Shown: one piece after another, positions 38,812-45,069 of the stretch | Numbering within the stretch: the stretch's first letter is position 1 | Layout: the number at the start of each line of letters is the position of its first letter | DNA from: Deferrisomatales bacterium | GTDB lineage: Bacteria > Desulfobacterota > Deferrisomatia > Deferrisomatales > JACRMM01 | Direction of reading: 5' to 3' | Length of the DNA: 45,069 nt | Assembly (NCBI GenBank): GCA_033551855.1 | Contig: JAWSUI010000032.1 | Span: 1 to 45,069 of the forward strand | Notes under the pieces: model-generated | Database searches by the model: none | Told to the model about the DNA's origin: nothing | What the model saw: the letters and a program-made list of their open reading frames with translations, nothing else | Position numbers and translations under genes: made by a program

Positions 38812-39501
38812 TCAGCGAGCGATCTCCTTCACCCGCCCCACGACCTCCTCGATCTTTCGGCCCGCGTCGTCCAGTTTCTCCTCGCCCTTCCTGGCCTTGT
38901 CCACGATCTTCGCCAAATCCTCGGAGGCTCCCGCAATCCGCTCACTCACTGTCATGCGCAACCCCTCCAGGTTCGCCTTGCGTAGGAGTTCGTCCTGTGT
39001 GTCCTGGATCTGGACAACCGAGGCGAGATGCCCTGTGACGATGGAGTTTGCGTAATGGATGCGCCCGTAGCCCTCGTCGATCGATGCCAAGAGGTCTCGC
39101 TCCTGCTCCTCCAGTGGTGTCAGGAGCTTGCGTCGATAGCCCTCGACATTGGCCCGGAGCTCTTCCAGGTAGACTTGGAACACGGAAACCATGGTCTTCT
39201 GGGCCTCTCCGGTCGGGTCGGGGCGCGTCCCATCCTCAATGACCTGGACCAGGAGCCCCTTGTGCTTGGCAAGCGTCTGCTCGATCTGGGCCGGGGCGAA
39301 GACGTCGTCTACGAAGGCGTTCACGTCGCCCTTCATCCTTGCGAAGAGGAGCGCTGCAAGCTCCCGGTGGGCGCGCTGCATCTCGGCCACGTCCCGGCCC
39401 ACCGTCGCGGAGAGTGTGACCGTCTGCCGCGGCACCTGGGCGCAGGCCGCCACCAGCAGTACGCCCGTCACCACCAGCCCCAGACTTCGTGCTCGATTCA
39501 T
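38812..39501 (-). CDS. Coiled-coil lipoprotein
   Basis: GGAGGT RBS; signal peptide with lipobox VAAC; heptad-rich remainder. Confidence 0.8.
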   Translation of the reverse strand: MNRARSLGLVVTGVLLVAACAQVPRQTVTLSATVGRDVAEMQRAHRELAALLFARMKGDVNAFVDDVFAPAQIEQTLAKHKGLLVQVIEDGTRPDPTGEAQKTMVSVFQVYLEELRANVEGYRRKLLTPLEEQERDLLASIDEGYGRIHYANSIVTGHLASVVQIQDTQDELLRKANLEGLRMTVSERIAGASEDLAKIVDKARKGEEKLDDAGRKIEEVVGRVKEIAR

Positions 39502-39955
39502 CTTCCGTACCTCCGGTTCGGGTTGCTCTCCGGCGCCGCTTTTCCGAATCGCCGGGCTCCGGGTGCCTTCCTCCGCCTCGCCACGTCCCTGTCGCCAGCC
39601 AGATTTCGTAGTGGAATAGCCACTCGGAGGTCCAGGGGACGATGGTGTCCGCGAGGAAGAGGCACCGGTCCCAAGGCTGCTCCCGGGGATCGTAGAGACA
39701 GAGTCGCTCCTTCTCGTAGAGGTGCTCCGGCGGTTCCCCGTCCCGCCACTGGAGCTTGGGGTGCAGAACGCGCACCTCCGGGGGCTGCTCGAGGGTGTAG
39801 CGAAGCTCCACCTCGTAGGCCCGGCTCAACGGGTGTGGCTGGAGCGTGCCTCTCCAGACGAGACCGGTCCCGCCCGGGTTCGACACCCGAGACCCCGGGA
39901 ACGCCTGCAGGAGCCTCGCCGCCTGCAAGGCGGTGCTAAGGGGCCTCTTCCTCAT
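39236..39955 (-). CDS. CBASS-associated stand-alone E2 (ubiquitin-conjugating-like) protein; conserved part ends near 39560 and the ORF runs on into the next gene
   Basis: LVWRGTLQP, EHLY...LCLY...W...IVPWTSEWLFHYEIWLATGTWRGGGRHP. Overlaps the CD-NTase stop. Confidence 0.8.
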   Translation of the reverse strand: MRKRPLSTALQAARLLQAFPGSRVSNPGGTGLVWRGTLQPHPLSRAYEVELRYTLEQPPEVRVLHPKLQWRDGEPPEHLYEKERLCLYDPREQPWDRCLFLADTIVPWTSEWLFHYEIWLATGTWRGGGRHPEPGDSEKRRRRATRTGGTEDESSTKSGAGGDGRTAGGGLRPGAAADGHTLRDGGPGRGRDAARPPGACSAPLRKDEGRRERLRRRRLRPGPDRADACQAQGAPGPGH

Positions 39956-41093
39956 CGCCGCCGAAGAAGCTGTGGGCCAGGACGGTCGTGGCGCCGGTGA
40001 CCCCGAGGGTGCCCGTTCTAGAGGCCATCCGGAGCGAACCCGCCTTTCGGGTTTCGTGGAGCTGGTCCCCGAATCGTTCGAAGGCCTCGTTCACCGGGCG
40101 CGCCCCGAACAGGCGCTCCAGACCCTTCGCGACCTCGGGCAGCCCCTCTTCCCGGGCGGCAAGGGTGGCTTCGAGGTCTCGGCCCACCTGGCGAACCCAA
40201 CGGAGGAACTTGAGGTGCCGCTCCGGGTGGTCCCGCCACCGGTCACAGAAGTTCTCCTTAGGGTTGACGGGGTTCGGCAGCCAGGCGACGCCTTCCCGAT
40301 CCTCCAGATGGCCGGCCATACGAGCCGCGATGTCGGTCAGGGCCTCGTACAGATCGGCTTCGTTCCCATAGGCCCAGGCGGCCAGGGTGGTGATGATGAT
40401 CGAGGCGGGCTTTCCGTCGGGGTCCTTCTCGAAGGCAATGTCCCGGTGGCGCCTGAGAATCTGGACGGCGCGCTGCAGGGGGGTGCGCACCTTGTAGTCC
40501 GGGATCTCCTCCACGCTCGCCCGGAGCGACTCCGCGAGCGCGGCGCGCTTCTCCAGGAAGACCACTTCCATCCGGGCCTTGAACCACTCGCCGTACCCGC
40601 GGGGGTTGCTGTGCTGCCAGTCGCGAAGCGCGGCGTCGGTGATGAGGATGCTCTCTGGCGCGCCATCCAGGTCGGGGATCGCCGGGAGGATGTCCAGGTG
40701 AAACTTGGCCCCATCGGCGTAGTCGAGGGTCCAGCAGCGCTTCCCCTCTCGGAGCATGCGCTTGTAGACCTCGCTCGCGCGAAGGCGCTCCCCGACCATC
40801 CTCTTCAGGTCCTTGGGCTCGACCTCGTCTCGGCCCAGGGCGAGCTGGCAGACCAGGTCCACATCGTACTCGTCGTGCTCCGTGACGGGCTTGATCGCCG
40901 TCCCGAGCCGAAACGAACCCTGGGGATAGAGGTCCGGGTCGTACGGGGCGAGGGCCGACCCCTCCGCTCCCAACCAGTCGGTCACGGCCTTGTAATGCTC
41001 CTCGGCCTCCTCGTATCGGGACGGCGGCACGTCGAGTGCGTCGGACAGAGACTCCAGGATCAGGCCGAACTGCTGCTGGGCTTCCGTAAGCAT
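39936..41093 (-). CDS. cGAS/DncV-like nucleotidyltransferase (CD-NTase, CBASS cyclase)
   Basis: QGSFRLGTAIKP, EYDVDL, FHLDILPA, SNPRGY..WF, NPVNPKENF; C-terminal HSFFGG. Confidence 0.93.
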   Translation of the reverse strand: MLTEAQQQFGLILESLSDALDVPPSRYEEAEEHYKAVTDWLGAEGSALAPYDPDLYPQGSFRLGTAIKPVTEHDEYDVDLVCQLALGRDEVEPKDLKRMVGERLRASEVYKRMLREGKRCWTLDYADGAKFHLDILPAIPDLDGAPESILITDAALRDWQHSNPRGYGEWFKARMEVVFLEKRAALAESLRASVEEIPDYKVRTPLQRAVQILRRHRDIAFEKDPDGKPASIIITTLAAWAYGNEADLYEALTDIAARMAGHLEDREGVAWLPNPVNPKENFCDRWRDHPERHLKFLRWVRQVGRDLEATLAAREEGLPEVAKGLERLFGARPVNEAFERFGDQLHETRKAGSLRMASRTGTLGVTGATTVLAHSFFGGDEEEAP

Positions 41094-41102
41094 CGCGACT
41101 CC

Positions 41103-42095
41103 TCAAGTTCGATGAAAAGGTACAAACTCTGGTGCCCGGTGACTCAGGAAGCCGGCCTCGACGAGGGGCGAGTAGGACCGGCTTTCGTGGGCCGCGTGGG
41201 ACAGGAGATCCGCCGCCGCGGCCGGCTTGTCGAGGTCGAAGAGCCCGTCGGGGACGGCCGGGTCGATCCTCACCACACGGTCCTTGCCTAGCAGGAGGCC
41301 GGCCTGGGAGATGGCCCCCTTGCTCTGCCCCCGGAACGCGACATCGATCGCGTGGCTGCCCCAGCTGAGGCACCCGCCCTCGTCCAGCCGGCCCTTCCGC
41401 TGGGTCACCGCGTAGGAGGTGCCCAGGCTCAGGATGGAGATCCTCTCCTTGGGCACCGCCAGATAGCTCAGGGCCTCCACAAGGCCGACCATCGTCGGGT
41501 TGTTGGCCCACATGCCGCCGTCGATCAAGCGGTGGGAGTCCACCTCCCGGCACGCCGGCAGATACGTGGGTGCCGCGCTGGTGGCGAGGGCCACCTGCCA
41601 GGCGGGAACCCGGAAGTCCCTCTTGAAGCGCGGGTGATGGGCCGTCTTGAAGTTGTAGAGGTCGTCGGAACCGAGGTTGTACGCCGGGATCACCAAGCGC
41701 TTTCGGCTCTCGCCGAGGAGCCGGTCGCCCAAACACTCGCGGAGCGCGTGCCGCAAAGGAGCAGAGGAGTACTTGGACCGGACCACCCGCCGAAGCCCCC
41801 GCAGGAGTCCCGGCCGGAAGATCTTGGCGCCCTCCCGGAGGTAGAACTCGACGATCTCCTTCGGGGACAGGCCGAGACCGAGCCCGAGGGCAATGATCCC
41901 ACCCGTCGACGTGCCGACCACGAGATCGAAGTGATCGACGAGGTTGGTCCCGAGATCCTCCTCCAACTTGGCGAGCAGCGCCGCCGAGAACAGTCCCTTG
42001 ATCCCACCCCCGTCGAGGGAGAGGATCTGGAACGCGTGTACGTCGGCGCCGGCGTTCGATTCTGTATACTCGGACGAGGTTTTCTCTTGCGCCAT
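41103..42095 (-). CDS. capV: CBASS patatin-like phospholipase effector (CapV-like)
   Basis: LSLDGGGIKG, GTSTGG, ATSAAPTY, DGGMWANNP. Directly upstream of the CD-NTase. Confidence 0.9.
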   Translation of the reverse strand: MAQEKTSSEYTESNAGADVHAFQILSLDGGGIKGLFSAALLAKLEEDLGTNLVDHFDLVVGTSTGGIIALGLGLGLSPKEIVEFYLREGAKIFRPGLLRGLRRVVRSKYSSAPLRHALRECLGDRLLGESRKRLVIPAYNLGSDDLYNFKTAHHPRFKRDFRVPAWQVALATSAAPTYLPACREVDSHRLIDGGMWANNPTMVGLVEALSYLAVPKERISILSLGTSYAVTQRKGRLDEGGCLSWGSHAIDVAFRGQSKGAISQAGLLLGKDRVVRIDPAVPDGLFDLDKPAAAADLLSHAAHESRSYSPLVEAGFLSHRAPEFVPFHRT

Positions 42096-42114
42096 GGAGA
42101 CGGGTTTCCTACAA

Positions 42115-42180
42115 TTCAACTCATGTAGAATGGTGACTTCAACTAAAGGCTATATACTTCAACTGGGGGAGAAGAGTCAA
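42115..42180 (-). promoter_or_regulatory. Predicted CBASS promoter with three TTCAACT direct repeats (candidate CapH operator)
   Basis: Minus-strand TTGACT (42180-42175), 18-nt spacer, TATATA (42156-42151). Plus-strand TTCAACT at 42115, 42138 and 42158. Confidence 0.55.
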
Positions 42181-42189
42181 GGGCCGTTG

Positions 42190-42633
42190 ATGACCGAGAT
42201 GCCACCCACGCTGGGACGCCGCATCGCCATGCTTCGTGATCGGAGGGGCTGGACGCAAAGGCAGCTGGCGGAGCGGGCCAGCGTCAGCGTGCCCTTCCTC
42301 AGCGAGATCGAGAACGACAAGCGAAAGGCCGGGGCAGACCTGATCTTGCGGATCGCGAACGCGCTTCGCTCATCGCTCGACTACCTCATGAAAGGCGAAC
42401 AGCAGGAGACGGAGGGGGTGAGGCAGCCTCTTGTGATCCCTCCCGAGTTAGCCGAGGCCGCCGAGGAGGAGGGCTGGTCCTACGCCATCACCGCGGAGAT
42501 GGCCGAGACCGTGAACGCCGTGATCGCACGCCGGGGCGGGACGTCCAGCCGTCCGCACGCGGCGAAGAGTTGGACCAAAGAGGATTGGATCGATTTCCAC
42601 AGGAGGTTGTTCCGTGGGGAGTCTGGGGACTGA
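42190..42633 (+). CDS. capH: XRE-family HTH repressor (CapH-like)
   Basis: LGRRIAMLR..RGWTQRQLAERASVSVPFLSEIEN. Divergent from CBASS and overlapping the peptidase gene. Confidence 0.8.
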   Translation: MTEMPPTLGRRIAMLRDRRGWTQRQLAERASVSVPFLSEIENDKRKAGADLILRIANALRSSLDYLMKGEQQETEGVRQPLVIPPELAEAAEEEGWSYAITAEMAETVNAVIARRGGTSSRPHAAKSWTKEDWIDFHRRLFRGESGD

Positions 42634-43684
42634 TCCTCGGGTCCTCGCCCTGGCCCGTCAACTCGGGCTGAGAACGAGGGGGGACCCCGTCGCTGCGCTC
42701 AAGCAGTTTGCCCTCGACAAGGTGCGAAGCTTTATCGAGGGGTCGGGGTTCGGCGTCGAATCGCTCGAAACCCTCCGACACCTGGTGGCGGACCGGCTCT
42801 CGGTGAGCATCGAGTTCCTGCGAACCGATGCCGACGTGGCCCGGGTGGCCGAGGAGTTTGGCGACTACTACCGCTCGCTCGACGCGCTCCTCGATGACGA
42901 GTTCCTCAAGAAGAAGACCGAGGGGCTTCTCCTCCGCCACCCCAACCCCCACCCCGGGGAGCACCGGTACCTCGCTATCGTCGACGCGCGAGACGAACAG
43001 ACGCCGCGCGCCTACTTCACCGCCTGGCACGAACTCGCCCATCTCCTGGTCGATCCTCCGCAGCAGTCCTTCAAGTTCCGTGCAACTCCTTCGCGCGACG
43101 AGATCCGGAAGGACCCCGTGGAGTCCGTAGTGGACGCCATCGCAGGCATCCTGGCCTTCTACGGGCCCATCTTCGATCCGGTGCTCCAGCAGACGATCGA
43201 GGCGCACGGTGGGTTGAACTTCCGGGCGATCGAGTCGGCGCGGTCCCAGGTCGCGCCCGATGCGAGTCTCCTCTCCGCAGCATTCGCCGCCACCTCTCGA
43301 TGGCCCGAGCCGGTGGGGCTCTTGGTCGTCCAACTGGAGTACAAGAAGGCGGAGCGGCGGCAACTTCGCAGCTCCCAGCGGGAGATGTTCGCCCGGTCGC
43401 TGGCGGAACTCCCTCAGCCACGGCTTCGGGCCGTGAACGTGATCCTCCACGGCGAGGACAACCCCCTGAAGATTCGCAAGAACATGAGGGTTCCGCCGGG
43501 CTCCGTGCTCACCCGGTTGTTCGAGGAGGGAGCGGACGGCGATACGGCCGAGGCCAGCGAGGACCAGGGCTGGTGGGAGACGAGTGCCACTGGACACCTT
43601 CCTCGGCTGCCTCTTCGCGTGTCGGCGATCCGTCGAGGGTCCTACGTTTACGGATTGGTGTTTTTGCGCGACGAGAACCGCTAG
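42614..43684 (+). CDS. capP: ImmA/IrrE-family zinc metallopeptidase (CapP-like)
   Basis: FTAWHELAHLL (HExxH) with a downstream E; paired with an XRE regulator next to CBASS. Confidence 0.8.
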   Translation: MGSLGTDPRVLALARQLGLRTRGDPVAALKQFALDKVRSFIEGSGFGVESLETLRHLVADRLSVSIEFLRTDADVARVAEEFGDYYRSLDALLDDEFLKKKTEGLLLRHPNPHPGEHRYLAIVDARDEQTPRAYFTAWHELAHLLVDPPQQSFKFRATPSRDEIRKDPVESVVDAIAGILAFYGPIFDPVLQQTIEAHGGLNFRAIESARSQVAPDASLLSAAFAATSRWPEPVGLLVVQLEYKKAERRQLRSSQREMFARSLAELPQPRLRAVNVILHGEDNPLKIRKNMRVPPGSVLTRLFEEGADGDTAEASEDQGWWETSATGHLPRLPLRVSAIRRGSYVYGLVFLRDENR

Positions 43685-43723
43685 TCGGCGCGGGATCAAT
43701 TCCCGTCGCTGCCGGAGGCCAGC

Positions 43724-43990
43724 GTGCGCAAGAGATCGCAGGCGCAGAAGGTCGTGGACCGCATCGCAGATCACTTTCGGGAAGGGACCATCCCTGCGGA
43801 GGAAGAGTGGCAGGTCATGGAGCAGATCGCCAATGCGGAGATCGGTACCCGAGGGGAGACCAGCGGAGATTTGGCGGCGGGGTGGGTTCGGATTTATCGA
43901 GAGTACGGAGACGGGTCACGACTCCACATCACATGGCCCTTCCGCCCCGATCTCGCGGGTGATAAAGAACCGGACGATCGCAACGCCTGA
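43724..43990 (+). CDS. Hypothetical protein (88 aa)
   Basis: GGAGG RBS, GTG start, protein-like composition. Confidence 0.55.
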   Translation: MRKRSQAQKVVDRIADHFREGTIPAEEEWQVMEQIANAEIGTRGETSGDLAAGWVRIYREYGDGSRLHITWPFRPDLAGDKEPDDRNA

Positions 43991-44107
43991 CGGACGGGCA
44001 AGGCACGGTGGTAGCGATCCGCACCACCTCCGGTCGCCACTTGGGATGCTCGTGCAACACCCCACAAGGAGGGCACCTCCGCGGCGAGTTCCAAGGGCAT
44101 CCGCTCT

Positions 44108-45001
44108 TCAGGGGCTCGAGGCAATCATCGCGGTCAGGGCTAGGCTCTTGGCATCCTGATTGATCCGCCGGAGGAGTGCATTCAGCCCGGCGTCTCCGGA
44201 GAGACGCCAGAATCGCTCGGTTTCCATCAGTAGCCCGTGGGCCCCGCCAAGCGGCGTGCTTTCCACGCCCAGGGCGTAGACCACCGCGGGGACCTCCTGC
44301 ACGTCGTATCGCCGAAACAGCAGGGGATCGATCACCAAGCTCGCAGGATAGACCTCACAGTCGCTCTGGGCGTCGGGATCGCAGGCGAGATCCTTCCCGA
44401 GGACGTTCAGGACGAAGCGTCGGGTGGGGAGGACGTGCTTCATGCCGCCGACGAACCCGCGCAGAACCATGACAATCCTCGGGTCGCCTATCTCGGCGAC
44501 GTCCCGCGCGTAGTTCCGCAGGGTCTCCAGGGGAATGCTCTTGGAGATGAACAGGAAGATGCGATCGGTCGGGGGCAGCCCCCCGGACGGCGAACCTCCC
44601 GACCCCGAGGCTTCCGGGAAGGCCTCCAGTACCTGCCCGAATACCTCCCGATGCAGCCGCTCTTTCTCGGCCTCCAGCCGTTCGAGGTACTCCGGCGACC
44701 GCAGCCGACCCGAGACGTCTCGGGCACGTTCCTGAGCCAAGGACGCCCCTCCGTTGTTCCCAAGATCGGGACCGAGACCAAGCCAGGTCGGCAGGGTCGC
44801 GGGCCCCTGGGCGCAGCCCTGCGGAGCCAGGAGCGCTCTTTCCTGCCGTTCGGCGCACTCTCCTCCGCTTCGGGGCAGATCGACGCCGACAGCAGGCGGC
44901 GGCGCCAGGGGACCTTGAGCGCCGCCTGTCCCAGAGAGGGTGAACCACGCCGTGACGACGAGCGCGGCGGTTCCGACCTGCCAAGGTCCCGTCTTCACCA
45001 C
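44108..45001 (-). CDS. trbC: F-type pilin assembly protein TrbC
   Basis: Signal peptide, IFLFISKSIP..TLRNY, VLRGFVGG, IDPLLFRRYDV.EVPAVV, SGD. AGGAGG RBS. Confidence 0.88.
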   Translation of the reverse strand: MVKTGPWQVGTAALVVTAWFTLSGTGGAQGPLAPPPAVGVDLPRSGGECAERQERALLAPQGCAQGPATLPTWLGLGPDLGNNGGASLAQERARDVSGRLRSPEYLERLEAEKERLHREVFGQVLEAFPEASGSGGSPSGGLPPTDRIFLFISKSIPLETLRNYARDVAEIGDPRIVMVLRGFVGGMKHVLPTRRFVLNVLGKDLACDPDAQSDCEVYPASLVIDPLLFRRYDVQEVPAVVYALGVESTPLGGAHGLLMETERFWRLSGDAGLNALLRRINQDAKSLALTAMIASSP

Positions 45002-45069
45002 TCTCGCCTCCTGATCACCACACTTCTGTGCCCTGTTCGGTGTAAAGATCTAGATGTTTCATAAATAGA

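Larger units (their letters stand above)
1..45069. mobile_element. Part of a conjugative element (MOBF relaxase, F-type mating-pair formation) carrying defence cargo; plasmid or ICE undetermined
   Basis: Relaxase, oriT, coupling protein, trhF/traF/traH/traG and trbC interleaved with defence genes. No housekeeping, integrase or rep gene seen. Confidence 0.9.

Noticed and set aside
1..45069. CRISPR array, tRNA/rRNA, integrase or transposase
   Set aside because: No regularly spaced repeats, RNA-gene signatures or recombinase motifs found by eye.

Overview
This is a high-GC stretch of a conjugative element (plasmid or ICE; no integrase, replication gene, tRNA or CRISPR array is visible). The transfer backbone is a MOBF relaxase, an oriT with an F-like nic sequence, an RHH accessory protein, a TraD/TrwB coupling protein and F-type mating-pair genes (trhF, traF, traH, traG, trbC). 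Three blocks of defence-type cargo interrupt it. (1) 1-5.1 kb: TrlF/Ppl-like ATPase, CRR6-like protein, frameshifted phosphatase and a DUF4365 nuclease. (2) 11.8-29.7 kb, minus strand: an operon encoding an excisionase-type HTH, a DrmD-like SNF2 helicase, an N6-adenine methyltransferase, an ABC ATPase, a PIN protein, an RNA ligase, a giant DUF1998 helicase-nuclease-S24 fusion and a HEPN-like protein. (3) 37.3-44 kb: a CapH/CapP-regulated, E2-only CBASS followed by a lipoprotein pair, a hidden amber-interrupted HNH gene and a decayed toxin-antitoxin pair. The best candidate for an undescribed system is the translationally coupled ATPase-PIN-RNA ligase module inside the DISARM-like operon, a possible reversible 'cut-and-repair' RNA guard. 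All family assignments come from motif recognition by eye; no database search was run.
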